A stretch of DNA of 63,728 nt, counting the filler, from Rhabdomonas costata (Eukaryota): NCBI GenBank assembly GCA_019059605.1. It is 41 parts of 41 records of this genome, joined end to end, with 100 filler letters (N's around TTAATTAATTAA, not from the genome) between each part and the next. Parts side by side here need not be neighbours in the genome. Positions count along the whole stretch, not along the records: positions 48,247 to 49,701 come from JAHMHO010015488.1; positions 49,802 to 51,257 come from JAHMHO010015489.1; positions 51,358 to 52,813 come from JAHMHO010015490.1; positions 52,914 to 54,369 come from JAHMHO010015491.1; positions 54,470 to 55,949 come from JAHMHO010015492.1; positions 56,050 to 57,505 come from JAHMHO010015493.1; positions 57,606 to 59,060 come from JAHMHO010015494.1; positions 59,161 to 60,616 come from JAHMHO010015495.1; 33 more parts are not named here. The stretch is one strand, 5' to 3'. Positions 48,664 through 61,331 of the stretch are shown here, piece by piece. The notes under the pieces are model-generated. The model saw only the letters and a list, made by a program, of their open reading frames with translations. It was not told the DNA's origin and did not search any database. The stretch's first letter is position 1. Each line of letters opens with the position of its first letter. The position numbers and the translations under genes were made by a program.

Positions 48664-51600
48664 GACTCTATCTTTCATCTCAGGCTCAGGAAACTGCTTG
48701 ACTGCTTCCCTCCAAAGAAAGTGATGGGTGCGGTGTGTGTGGTTGGGACGTTACCCCTTCATTACTGGAGCCCTTTGTGGGCACATTGACAATGACTTGG
48801 TGTTAAGCTGTTGAAAGAAGTAGATGGGGACCCGCGAGCACTAAAACGGAGGACCTTGTGGTCGTGATCAGGGAACGGAAAGGTCTTTATATGCCCTCCT
48901 CCCCGTCTTCTTGAAACAGGAATTATGCATTCCATGCGCGAAAGTATAGGGTCGTGGGACCCGGAGCACATTCTGGGACTCTATCCCTTGTTCAAAACCG
49001 TCCATTGGAATCTTGAGGAGTATCATCGTGACTCTCCAACTCCTGACAGATTCTGTTGGATTCCCAGGGGACAGTTGCACCGCATTGCACCCTAACCCGA
49101 TTCCGCATGTCTGATGCATTGCCCTCTAACCCCCTGCAATAGTTTTTTCTTGGAATCGCAGTGGACATTTTATATTGTGTTTAACTCCCTACCAGTTTTC
49201 TATCTGAGTCACAAGGGACATGTGGACCAAAATATTGGGCATCCAAAACATGCTTGATTCGAAGAGGGGCCCCCGTGGTCATCCATTTTGTCGTGCAGCA
49301 TCAGTATCCGTATCAACGTCATACGATTGGTTTGTCAGCGTGGTGGGGTGATTGTTCATGTCCATTGATGACTCAGTGCAGACCCGAGAAGGTGTGCAAG
49401 TTATACGCCTCTGCGGTCTGGTTGCAGGAGATGTCCAGTTTCTCGGGTTACCCCCTGCCCCTGATAAAAACAGACCTTTCTTCCACTTCCACACACAACT
49501 CTATCCCGCAGTATCTTCTCTACTTTTTCGCACATAGAGGGCTCTTTTTGGGTGTTCTCGGCATTTGACGAGGCAGCGACCATAGGCCGGAGCGAAGAAA
49601 CCAGTGAGCGAAGCAGCGCGCATACTTATTCCGTGCGAGCGAGGGACTGAGAGAGAAAGAGAGCTTGAGAGATTGGAAGATGCCGGTGTACGACATCACC
49701 CNNNNNNNNNNNNNNNNNNNNNNNNNNNNNNNNNNNNNNNNNNNNTTAATTAATTAANNNNNNNNNNNNNNNNNNNNNNNNNNNNNNNNNNNNNNNNNNN
49801 NGGGGTGGTGTGGCAGGAGAGCGTGCCTCTGGTCGCAGCCTTCCTCGCGGCGGCCCGAGCCACCCTCCCCGCAACTGTCAGCCTTGCCGTCGTCACCGGC
49901 GCCATGGACGTCACCCAGCTGTGGGCGCAGCTGCAGCAGAGCGGGAGTTCCATGGACAACATGTTCGTCTCTCAGGTCTGAGAGCCTTCCTCCAAAGCTT
50001 TTGATGGTTTGGTGTATTCCCCCCCCCCGCAAAATTTGGCACCGCAACCGAAACCCACGGAAAATGCTTGTTTTGTGAAAGCACCTAGGATCTTGGGCCG
50101 CTGCGCTCCGCGGCCCAAGACATCCTGGACAAGATGAAAAACACCTGTTCATCGCTGGAGACAGAACCTAACCCCTGCAAATCTTTCATTGGAATCCAAG
50201 GGAACATGTGTACCCCCTCCCTGACCCCTGCAAACGTCGAAGTCTCAAAAACGGTGCATCGCCACCTGACCCCCGGCAAGTCTTCTACGACAAAGAAAAC
50301 TTCGTTTCCATTGGTTTCCGGCGGTTTCCACGGTTTCCGCTGGAAACGCGGGTTTCGACCAGAGGGTATATGTCCGACACGGCGGGGGGTCGGCTCTGCG
50401 GCCTCTGAACTGAGTGGGTGTATCCCCACAACGTCACTGCTATCTCCAAACCCGTGCCACTGCGAATTTCAGGAAGTGCTCACGAAAACCAAAGTGGGGC
50501 GGAGGGGGTGATCCCCGCATCCTCCACGATCCGCTGTGGACCGACGACCAGTAAGCACACACAGACTGATGTCTTGTGGTGTGGTGCCGCCACTCACCAC
50601 CCACAGTTGGTTTAACGCTCTTCAGGTTGCCTCAGTCATCTTTTTAAAAAGGAGATTCAGACGAGCCTCACAAGGGACAACGGGGAGCACAACGGGGAGC
50701 ACGGTGGCTCTCCGTTTCGCTACGCCCAACCACACAAACACATGTCACATGTTTGAAAGCTCCCACGTCAACCGACCCGGCACCAACTCGGGCTTCTGTC
50801 TCTGTGTGTGTGTGCGTGTGAGTATGAGTGTGTGTATGAGCGGGAGTGTTTGTGCTTGTTGTGCTTGGGCAGGGGGGTAGAGCAGGGGCAGCAGCGAAGA
50901 TGCCGCGCGAGAAAGAGAGGAGAGCAGCAGAGACGCGTCGAACCCATGGAACCCAACACCAAACCCTGAAGATGTGGAAAAGAGAAATTGAGATGATGAC
51001 ATCCACCCAATAGGGATTATTTTTTCTCGCGTTGTAAGCGGTAAAAAATGATCGTTAAAATGAGTTTCGAACTTTGTATAAAAATAGCGAATTTGCGGCC
51101 CGAAAAGTGTAAGAAAAAGAAGAATCCCTGCACCCGACCTCCCGATAGCAAGACCCCTCACCCCCCGTCACTCCCACATCCTCACGCTTCAGGTCACCCC
51201 CGACGTCACCGGCCTCAACAGCACCACGACCACCACGACCACGACCACCACCCCCCCNNNNNNNNNNNNNNNNNNNNNNNNNNNNNNNNNNNNNNNNNNN
51301 NTTAATTAATTAANNNNNNNNNNNNNNNNNNNNNNNNNNNNNNNNNNNNNNNNNNNNAGGCTGCGGCCGCGAAGCTGCGGGATCAGCTGGAGCAGCTCCG
51401 GAGGCTGGTCGAGCGCAACCTCAGGGTGTGCGTTCGGCACTACGTGAACCTAGAGGCTGTGTTTGGGCAGCTCTGGGGGGGCGAGGGAAACGTCTTTCAG
51501 CAGCTTGTCCAGTAGTAGTACTAGTAGCAGCAGCAGCAGCAGAATGCGCAGCAGCCGCTTCTGCTTTCTGTCTTGCTGGTGCTCACTTTCCTGATTCCTG

Positions 51601-52273
51601 CGGATTCCTGCTTTTTCTCTTGCTTACCCTTCCCTTTCTTGGACACTGCTGCCTCTGCGGTGGCTGACAGTGGCTCCCGAGAGTGGTTTTTTTTTTGCAA
51701 ACGACGCAGCTGGAGGATAACTGAGAAGATGACTTGACTTTTGAAGCTTCTTTTTCGCCCCCCTCATTTTCCGCTTGCCGTGCGCCTGTACGTGTGTGTG
51801 TGCCTCGAACGGTCGAGCTCTTCAGCTCGCGAGGCGTACTCCGTGTCCCCAGATGGAGCCCTGTACTTTTGCGGAGGTTTTATTTGCGGAGAATGGGCGC
51901 AATCGCAGCGATGTAGTGCTTTAACTGCCGCTTTTAAGCTCTCATTGCGCTTCTAACTCGTGACTTGGGCAGGTCGGCCTTGCACCAGTACTTCACGACC
52001 AGAAAGACAATGCATCGGAAGAGCCTTCGAGCTGCGCAGAAATGCAACAAAAACCACATCATCACATCATTCACATCATTCACAAGGCAAGAGGTTTGGT
52101 GCTTATTGATCGGGTCTTACCGAGTCTTACAGTACGGTCCATAAAGGACACCAGTCGGAACTTTGATCGCCTTTTGATTGCCTTGTCTCCACAGCAGTAG
52201 TAATTCTGTTTTCCATCACCGTTTCTGATTCCTTTTGGGACGTTTTTGGGCTGCTTCCCCCGCGCCTCCCCCA

Positions 52274-52727
52274 ATGATTGATCACTTCACTGTGCTCCAC
52301 AAAGGGGGCAAGGTTCTGTGGCAGAAGAGCCTCGTGAAGATCACTGGGAACCCGATCAACCAGCTGATCAAGACCGTGCTCCTGGAGGACCGCGGCGGGG
52401 ACTCCACCTTCACCCATGATAGCTATCGCCTCCAGTGGCTGCTGGCCAACGAGTTCGAGCTGGTCTTCGTGGTGGTGTACCAGAAAATCATCCAGCTGCT
52501 GTATGCCGAGCAGCTCCTCAGCCAAGTCAAGGACGCCTTCTGCACGATGTTTCAAGCCGAGCTCAGCCAGACCACCCTGCTGTTCGCGAAGTTTGAGGGC
52601 TTCGACGCGGCCTTCACGCGCATTCTGGCAGGTCTGGAGGCCAGCTTGGGGGGAGCGGGGCCGCCTGCTCGGAGAACCAGCCCACCTCCGGGCTTGCCCT
52701 CCGGGGAACCTGCTCCGCCCGCAAAAG
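52274..52727 (+). CDS. SRPRA: Signal recognition particle receptor alpha, first exon (SRX/longin domain)
   Basis: MIDHFTVLHKGGKVLW...GNPINQLIKTVLLEDR...YRLQWLLANEFELVFVVVYQKIIQLLY; GTGAG donor. Confidence 0.92.
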
Positions 52728-54303
52728 GTGAGCGATTGTCCTTATCTGTGCCGCATCAGGAAGCTTGTTTGCTCGACAGCTTCGCTCGGGTTTGCAGTGG
52801 AGCAGTAAAGAACNNNNNNNNNNNNNNNNNNNNNNNNNNNNNNNNNNNNNNNNNNNNTTAATTAATTAANNNNNNNNNNNNNNNNNNNNNNNNNNNNNNN
52901 NNNNNNNNNNNNNGGGGTTGGGTTCACCGCCCGTACCGGAGGGACCGCTGGGACGAACAGGCCCTTGCCTGGACTTGTCAGTTCCGTTGGGGTGGGGACG
53001 GTACTAAGCCGGCGGGTCGCCACGGCGAGCATCTGCTCCACAAAACTCTGGCGCACCCCCCGCCCGCCACAGCCCAGCGGGTACTCCGAGGCGTACTGCT
53101 GCAGCGAGGTACGTGCGGCCTGAAGCTGGCCTGAGAGAGAGTAAGTGAGGGTGAAAGGGTGGGTGAACTCTGAGCTGAGCAGCTGACCGATCTCGTGCCT
53201 TACTGCGGTGACTGGCGTTTCGACCCCCGGGGGAGTGTCTGGGTCATCATTCGCAGGGCACCATCTCCGGCTGTCAACTCGGAGAATGGGTCGGGCTCTG
53301 GATGTGCGAGGTGCGGGCTGACGGGATGATGGATGCACTGGGGCTACGGTTGAGGTGGGCGGATATGAAACAGACGATGAGAGAGACAGAGGCGTTGTGG
53401 CCAACGCCAAGGACACCGAAGCTGCGCAAACCAGCAGATTGCAAATTAATCTCAGAATGTGGCGACTGAGCCATAGTTTTTTGTGTTAGACACGGCCCAT
53501 CAACCACTCCCGTCCCAGGGATGTCCTGGGATGGGGCGGGGGCCTAGTCGGGGCATAAGTCCCTCCCCCTTAAAGCAAGAGTGTGGCTGATCAACCCAGT
53601 TTGTTGGTGAGCAAGATAGCCCCTGGCTCAGCTATGAATCACGGAAACATCGCTGAAAATCCGGCTAAATCATTTTTGAACCACACACCTCAAACGAGAA
53701 GATAAAAGAACGTTTCCAGAAAACTTGACACGTGTTTACTCCTGCACTGCCCGCCCAGCTATTTTACAATTGACACCGAGCTTTTTCCTTCATGAGACGA
53801 AGCGCGCAGCAGGGGCGCGTTTAGAAACCCTTAGCCACGCGAAACAACAGGGCCGGTGTATGTGTGTGCTCTGCCGCGATCAGGTGTGAGCTAAAAAAAT
53901 CAATGGGCTAGCGTTATTGCGTTCAGCGCATAGCACGCTGGCTGTTGCCTGACTGGCTGTTGGTGACCCGCTGTGGAATGAAGGACACACGCGCTGTTGA
54001 TCACATGGTTGATCGAGAAAGGTACCCTCAGACCGAACGGGTTCCGGCTACCTCCACCGCAGTGCGTTTCACGTATGATAAGCTCAGTTCTGCCTTTCGG
54101 GTCCCGGGCCTTTGTCGCACAGCTCTTTTCCAGCGACTACCCGCACTGCTGCTGCATTGCTGCTCTGGTCTTTGACGTGTGCGTGAGTGAGCCGTGGAAG
54201 GTATTGTTGATATCACGTGTGTGCTCAACAGTTGCCTGCGAAAAAGTGTGCATCCCTTTGGAGAGTGGACGCGGGCTAGGTCGGTCCGAGGGTTACCGTT
54301 TGG

Positions 54304-54369
54304 AGTTCTGGGTGTGCTGTGCTGTGCTGTGCTGTGCTGTGCTGTGCTGTGCACAGCACACCCAGAACT
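54304..54369. repeat. (GCTGT)7 inside a perfect 19-bp terminal inverted repeat
   Basis: 54304-54322 is the reverse complement of 54351-54369 (contig end). Confidence 0.9.
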
Positions 54370-54850
54370 NNNNNNNNNNNNNNNNNNNNNNNNNNNNNNN
54401 NNNNNNNNNNNNNTTAATTAATTAANNNNNNNNNNNNNNNNNNNNNNNNNNNNNNNNNNNNNNNNNNNNGTGTTTTGTTTCAGATATCTCGCCGGACCCT
54501 CTGCGTTGTTGCTTTCATCCGTCAGTCCACTTTGGCGGATGTATTCCCTGATGTGTTATGGCGTGCACTTCACACATTCAATTACCTGCCGTGACGCGCT
54601 GTTTTGGTTTGACGTTCGGGCCGTTCTGATTTTTTGTTGTTTTGGGTATCAGCTGAATAACGACCCTTCTCTTCTTCACCCAATTTTTCTTCTAGTATGA
54701 TTTCTTTCGGTTGTTGGCCGCCTGATTTCCCGCCTTTCCCGCCCAGCGTTTACGCAAACATCCAACCGGGATTATCCAAGTGATCCAAGTGATTATGAGC
54801 TGGGCCCTCCCAGTGCAGCACCTAAGATCGGGCGGCGCACCCCAGTGTGA

Positions 54851-54854
<4 letters not shown>

Positions 54855-54897
<43 letters not shown>
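54855..54897 (+). repeat. (GT)n microsatellite; shorter CA/GT tracts also near 34754, 35874, 36591 and 44284
   Basis: Direct observation. Confidence 0.95.
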
Positions 54898-54898
<1 letters not shown>

Positions 54899-55248
54899 AC
54901 GTGATTAATTCAACCAACTGAAAGGTTTTGGTCCTGCTCTCTCGTCCAAAGGTTGTGCAATGCTTTTATTGAAAAGCGCCTGCTTTTCTATTCTAGCAGA
55001 AGGGTTATTTTACTGGAAATAGTTTTCTCCTTTGAAAGTGGGAACTGGTCTCTAAAGGCAAAGAAAATATCAAAGGCGATGTAAAAGGTTAACTGAAATT
55101 TTAGTTATCCACCTCGTTTTGCTTGTTTCCTTTGCGGCGTTCCTCCAACACTATCAGCCACACCATTGGTGTTTTTGGGGTTGTTGCGTTGTACTTGTAC
55201 GGTGCTTTTGGGACCCATCCTTTTTCACTCGAAAGAGAGAAAAGAAAC

Positions 55249-55949
55249 ATGGCCACCTCCTCCCGCCTTCCCCAGTCTCTGCCGCCCTCTCTCCTGGGGG
55301 GCTCCGACCAATACAGGGCCCGCGGCGCAGTCACTGCCCCCACCTTGCGGGTTGAGGCCCCACCCCCTTCCGGGGCCAGCCTGCCCGATTCCAAAGCAGC
55401 TCCATCCTCTTGCGCCGGAGTCGAGGCCACCCCGACCTCGGCTTTGTCTTTCTCCTCCCCAATGGCAGGCAGCTGGGCGGACGAGATGGACAAGAGCGAC
55501 GTGAAGAGCGCCAGCCGCCACCCTGGGACGGCAGGGCTCCCTCCTGCCCTTCTCCCAGCACCCAACTTCACACAGGCCCACATAAATGCACAGGAGGCGG
55601 TGGGGAACGGATCCTTGAACGGGATCTCTTCCCCCACTTCTCCGCCCTCGCCACTGGCAACTTCGGGAGACGGAGGTTCAGCAAGCTCATCGGAAGAAGA
55701 GCATGCCAACCGTCATGAAGTTGCTTCTATGCAAGCCATGGTTGCGGAGAGTGACGGGGCCCCCCATCTGCCGAATCCGCTGTATGGCGAGAATGGCTTT
55801 ACGGCGCGCAAGACCTCCGAGAGTGGCAGCCAGGCTCTCACCCCTTCCCCGGCGCAGAGCGAGTCCCTTGAGCAATGTGTGCCCGGGCTCCGAGAGGAGC
55901 TTAGCCGTCTGCTCGCCGACACCCCGGCCACCAATCCCCACCCAAAACA
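55249..55949 (+). CDS. Low-complexity Ser/Pro/Ala-rich N-terminal ORF running off the contig
   Basis: ATG at 55249, more than 230 open codons, SWADEMD motif. No family recognised; host gene or retroelement ORF1. Confidence 0.5.
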
Positions 55950-57605
55950 NNNNNNNNNNNNNNNNNNNNNNNNNNNNNNNNNNNNNNNNNNNNTTAATTA
56001 ATTAANNNNNNNNNNNNNNNNNNNNNNNNNNNNNNNNNNNNNNNNNNNNGTGTTGGGTGTGTGTGGGTGTTGGGGGAGGGGGAGACCTCATCTCTCTTCG
56101 CTTTCCTTTTGCTATCTTGTGTTTGTTTTTCGACCCCCTTCGTCCACTTCATCTTGTCTGCTTCCCTTTTCTGGTATGCACACTCCTTTCCCTCCTACCC
56201 AATCCCGGCGCCCATACGCGCACCCTGTCCCCTCCATTCCGCATGCGTGTGTCGAAGTGGACTACGCTTCGGATGTGGTGGGAGGTTCGCCGCCGCCTCC
56301 CCCCCCCTTCCCCGGCACAACAGTGGGGAGAGAGAGTTCCAGAGTCTCTCTTCTGTTTTGTTCCCTATGAATCCCTCCCTTCCTGTAATCGTGTCAACAC
56401 AATATTTTGCCTCCTCCTCCTTACGACGGCGTGGGTGGGAGCCCATCGGGTTGTCTCCATCGTCCTCTGCGCCCTATGGGTCCTCCCGCCCCCCTCTCGT
56501 TTCTCCTTGGCCCAAGAAAGGCTTCCGAACCCGAGCGGGTGGGGTCGGGAGAAGGAACGACTGCTGCTTCAATGGTGCGTTCGCATTCTCCTGCTCCCTT
56601 CTCTGCGGCGTCTGCTCTCTATGTCTCTGTCTTGCATTCCCTTCTGATGCCTGCTTCTCTCCCCCGCAGGACCGCTTGTACACTTGGTGCCTTCCTTCCT
56701 TCGCTGTGTGCTTCTTGGGCTGCCCCCCCCCTCCCACACACAACCCAACCCAAAGCTGCAGGTTGCCGCAATGCCTGCGCCCTCCCGTCGTGGGCACTCT
56801 CCGTTTATGTTCAACACCTTTGCTCAGCCACACCCCATCCTTCCTGGTCCTTTCAACCAGTTTATTGATGGCAGTTTATGGATCTTTTGCTGAAAATAAC
56901 GAAAGGGCAAGGACAAGGAAGACGCCATGCCTCAGTCAGCACGAGCAATTACCGAGCAGAACGGGCAGTCACCTCAACCTAGGCAACCTCCTCAGCTCCT
57001 TCAAAAATTGCAAAAGAAGTCACCCGGGATGGCTGGAACGCGCGGTTTCGAAAAAGAAGCTTTTTCTGAAACTTTCTTGGGCTATCTGGGGACTCCGTAG
57101 CTTGTAATTCTATCTCAATGTTTTCAAATGTTGGATTGTTTTTACGTCGAGATTCTAATTGTTCTAATTGTATACGTGTCGTTTTTTGGTCGTCGAGCGA
57201 TTTCTTAACGATTTTTCTTCCTGCAAACCTGCCCCCCCACGCAAAGGGTTGCGGAAATGCGTTCCGAACGGATGCTGCCACTGTTCCAGCACCATTACAA
57301 TCCATAATGAAAAAAAAAGAACTTCCCTTTCACGTCAGTTGGCGTTTGGTGGAACTCGGAAAGGATGCCTTTTATCTATACATCCACTTTCATCTATACA
57401 CTGCCTGAAATCCCCTCCGATTCCCCTCCGCTCCCCTCGAACCTCACATGTGCGGCCAATGGGGCAGACAACTGAACACCATTTCAACTGAACATCAACC
57501 CCACANNNNNNNNNNNNNNNNNNNNNNNNNNNNNNNNNNNNNNNNNNNNTTAATTAATTAANNNNNNNNNNNNNNNNNNNNNNNNNNNNNNNNNNNNNNN
57601 NNNNN

Positions 57606-57741
57606 GGGGTGTGGGGTACAGCACGGCCAGGGCGTGCAGGAAGGGCCCTGTGCCCACAAGGGCCTGCAGGGCGCTGTTCAGGAAGCACGTGTTGCCCACG
57701 TTGGCTAGCCCACACAGCACAATCTCGGAGGAGCTCGACAT
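57606..57741 (-). CDS. Ubiquitin-specific protease (peptidase C19), N-terminal Cys box
   Basis: MSSSSEIVLCGLANVGNTCFLNSALQAL. Confidence 0.9.
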
Positions 57742-58521
57742 TTTGCTCAGGCAGCGGTGCCACGGAGACAACAGAGGCAGAGAGGGAGGGAGGGAGGGCT
57801 TAGGGGGCACCTCAACCCGCAAAGCTGGGCGACAGGCCCCGGAGAATTCAAAAAGCTGAGCACCCAGTGGAGGCCACACTCCAGTGTGCGCAGTTGGAAG
57901 ACCTCATCTCGCTCATCCGCTGCTACCTACGGTGTGTTCTTGGCACTCCTCCCCTTACCCCTGCAATTTAACACAGTGATGATGAACCAAAATGTCAGCT
58001 TTGTCAGCTTGGCTTGCATTCCGCGACCAGAAAAGCTGAGCAAGAACCCAATTGTGCATGTGTGTGATGGTGGTGGTGGGGGAATCGGTGGCGAGTGCGC
58101 AACTAACTGCCACTCCATATGATTTGCAGCGAAAGTGAGGGCTGGCTGAGGTGAAATGATGGCAAGGTACACTGCGCATCCTGTCCTTTGCGGGTCCAAC
58201 GTTTCATCCTTTGGCCGCTGACCTACGCGTAGCTGCGAGTGGCTGAAGCGCCTTTCACTCCTTTTTTTTTTGCACATGATGGCGATCTAAGGTTCCAGCC
58301 GTGCCAGGCTCAAAATCGTCATTGTTAACTCAAGAAGGGCTTCACAGAAACGGGCACAAGCGCCTGCAAGAGGTCACTGGTCAACCCTCTCACCAAAACA
58401 CAGCGAAAGATAGCGCCTTCCGTCGCCCCTCCTATCCCACCACTCCAATATGGTACACCACTTGCCGCACAGCGCCAAAGGGCGCAATGTGCAATGTCCC
58501 CCTCCCTCCCTCCTGCAATTC

Positions 58522-58620
58522 TTACCATTCGTCCTCGGCACCTATCGTATTGCTCCGCTTGGTCATCAGATCCATCTTCACCTTTTCGAAGTCCTCGTAC
58601 GCCTGCTTCCTTACGACGTT
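58522..58620 (-). CDS. Terminal exon of an unidentified upstream gene
   Basis: TTCTGTAG|NVVRKQAYEDFEKVKMDLMTKRSNTIGAEDEW-TAA. This frame is not in the ORF track. Confidence 0.5.
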   Translation of the reverse strand, partial: NVVRKQAYEDFEKVKMDLMTKRSNTIGAEDEW

Positions 58621-60716
58621 CTACAGAACATTTAATTGAATTGTGGGTCGAGTTGCTCACGGATTTTTTTTCACGAAGCCCGAAATGACAGGCTGAGTGA
58701 GTCTGCAGAACAAACGGAGTCTACCCGCCTGAAAGGCATGCCTCTATCAGCACGCGAATTGTCCAGCGTATTATGACGCTTCCTTGACATATCCTAACCA
58801 CCACACCATCAGGAATCCTGTCCATTCTCAAATGTCCAGCCACGGGAAAACCTTTCATGCATTCTCGAGATATCCACTATAAGGGAAGGGAACCGAAGTT
58901 GGGGGCCGCGGGACGCTGGGAAGCTGTGCTAAAAGAACAAAGCTATAGCGTGGATGCAGATTTATTAATAGTAACGGTAAACAAAAGGAAACGGTCAGTC
59001 GGGGGACTCCATACCCATCCGAAGCGGCCGTCGAACTCCTGGGCGGCCTTACCACACAAANNNNNNNNNNNNNNNNNNNNNNNNNNNNNNNNNNNNNNNN
59101 NNNNTTAATTAATTAANNNNNNNNNNNNNNNNNNNNNNNNNNNNNNNNNNNNNNNNNNNNTTCGTGACATTTACCCGATGGAAGCAGAGGAAGCTAATTG
59201 TCACGGCCCGGCTTGCAACCTCACCACTTACGTGTAACCCGGCGTCGGCCGGTGGTTCCACTGGGCTCGGTGTTCAGCAGCCTTATCACGACTATGCTTT
59301 CGCAAAGTGGGCGCTGTCCCGGCTTACCTTTCTTACGACTTCCTTACGACCGGTACGGCTTCGACTTGCGTCCGAAGTCCGGCGTGCGAGGGAACCTGAG
59401 GTCTCCCTCGGTCAGGGGTGAGAGTGTCCTGTCTGATGCTGCGACGGGGGGAGCCGTGCAAGGGTTTTCGGTCTTTCCTGGGTGCTCGGGTGCGTTACAC
59501 TAATACTTACGGTGGGTTTTCTGTCAATGTTTGCCAGCTAGATTGCAGCGAGACCTTTTTCCCTTTTTTGCTGTGCTATTTTGGAAATTTGTTTCCCCCT
59601 GGACCGCGGAAACTACACCGGAGGACAAAGCGGCGGTGTGAAAGGATGGCTAGTTCTTGACACCCGGGCACCTGTGCGGCGGTGTTTTTGCCTTCTGTTT
59701 GGTGCCTTTGCTTTTAGATGGGTTGTTAATGGGCAGAGTAGGACAGTCTACCACCATTCTGTACCCGTTGCCCACAAGCAGGCGGGCAAACCAGACCGCT
59801 GCTAGACCAGTGGTAAACCAGACAGGCACGGGCACCGTTAGCCGTCAGAGATACGTTCTGGTAAAGTCCAGCCGCAAAACCCAACGGAAGCTAGGAAGCG
59901 GGGCAAAGCAAGCGATAAACCCATATAATCCCCTTCAGGTTGCCCACTTGGTAAACACAAGGTCAGACACGCCCACTGTGCAAAAGTACAGTAGAGAGCT
60001 GCCCGCGAGCCTTGGCAACAGAACGCGCAGGAAACACCACCGCTGATGCGTGTGATTGCTTTGTTCTCTTTTTGGTCACTCGACACTTCCGGCTTGCTTC
60101 CGACCTTTTCTTCAAACAGTTTCAAGTTTACCGTAAACTTGTTAATCGAATTCAACAAGGTCTCAACCAATACCTCAACTTCGCGGTTGCACAAGGGAAG
60201 TCCACGACACTTCAGCAAGCCTTCGAACTGGCCAGGAGCCATCATAATCTTGGCACAGCGCCACCGTGGGAGAGCTATCTCGTTCAGGCGACAACCCTGC
60301 GGGCGCTTGCTGGCTGTTTCATTGCCACATCCACACAAACTTGGTGAATAAGCTACAAAACGTTAAGCCTTTCTCTCTCACAACCAAAAAGTCAGCACAA
60401 CACCTTCCGAACGCCTTCTGCACGGATTCACTGCGTACATAGCTGGACGGCCAAACAGGTATACAGAGTACAATCGCGTCGGTTGCCGCGGTTTTTACTG
60501 GTACCAAAGAATCGAGTTCGGCTAGTGGGACGGAACCCACAAAGATCCGCAGAAGGGAGGGCAAGCCAACAACGGTTACCCGTAATATAAAACACGGGAG
60601 TGGTGGCAACACCCCCNNNNNNNNNNNNNNNNNNNNNNNNNNNNNNNNNNNNNNNNNNNNTTAATTAATTAANNNNNNNNNNNNNNNNNNNNNNNNNNNN
60701 NNNNNNNNNNNNNNNN

Positions 60717-61331
60717 TTGTGTGTCGGCGCCGAAGAGGAGACTCACTCCCTTACTGCGTACACTATTGCTGTGGTGAGCCACAAGTTCTTCGACGGCTTT
60801 GTCGTTGGGGTGTCAATGTACTTGGGAAAACCACCTTTGCATCACATCGCTGGCGGTCTCGTCTTCTCCGCAGCTATGACTCCAATAGGTAAGATTTTTG
60901 TTGGGAGTTGGCACAGCGAATATCAACTTAGTGTTTTGCCTTCTACCAGTTCAGTTTCATGGACTCAGAATAGTCTTTTCTTTCCTTTTCTGCGACAACG
61001 CCATCCTCTACCACGCCTCATAAACAATTCTGTCATTCCACCCGCTGGCTATTGTCGTGTCACAGGCATTGGAATTGGCTGGGGCGCAACAGCGGCGACG
61101 GAAGGTGCGGCCCTGTACCTGGTCCAGGCCTTGATCTTGAGCATCAGTTTCGGGACGTTCTTGTTCATAGCGCTAGTCGAGCTGATTCCGATGGGTTTCG
61201 GCGATGGGAAGTGGCGGAATGTGAAATCCATGGCTGCCATCCTCGGGTTTGGTGTGATGGCGCTCGTGAACTACCTCCACAGCCAGCAGCACTCTCACGG
61301 TGGTTCTGACGGTCACGCCCACGTCCACTGA
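60717..61331 (+). CDS. ZIP (SLC39) Zn/Fe transporter, 3' part; intron 60889-61065
   Basis: AVVSHKFFDGFVVG, FSAAMTPIG|IGIG, SFGTFLFIALVELIP and a His-rich C-terminal tail. Confidence 0.9.
   Translation: MCVGAEEETHSLTAYTIAVVSHKFFDGFVVGVSMYLGKPPLHHIAGGLVFSAAMTPIGKIFVGSWHSEYQLSVLPSTSSVSWTQNSLFFPFLRQRHPLPRLINNSVIPPAGYCRVTGIGIGWGATAATEGAALYLVQALILSISFGTFLFIALVELIPMGFGDGKWRNVKSMAAILGFGVMALVNYLHSQQHSHGGSDGHAHVH

Noticed and set aside
50270-50285. Possible GC-AG donor (CCG|GCAAGT)
   Set aside because: A GT donor (ACG|GTGCAT) lies 22 nt upstream; undecidable without RNA.
54726-54742. Tandem TTTCCCGC (E2F-like) sites
   Set aside because: Short motif with no known transcription start or target gene.
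56050-57107. 348-aa and overlapping ORFs
   Set aside because: Pyrimidine-rich, stop-poor sequence with no protein-like signal.
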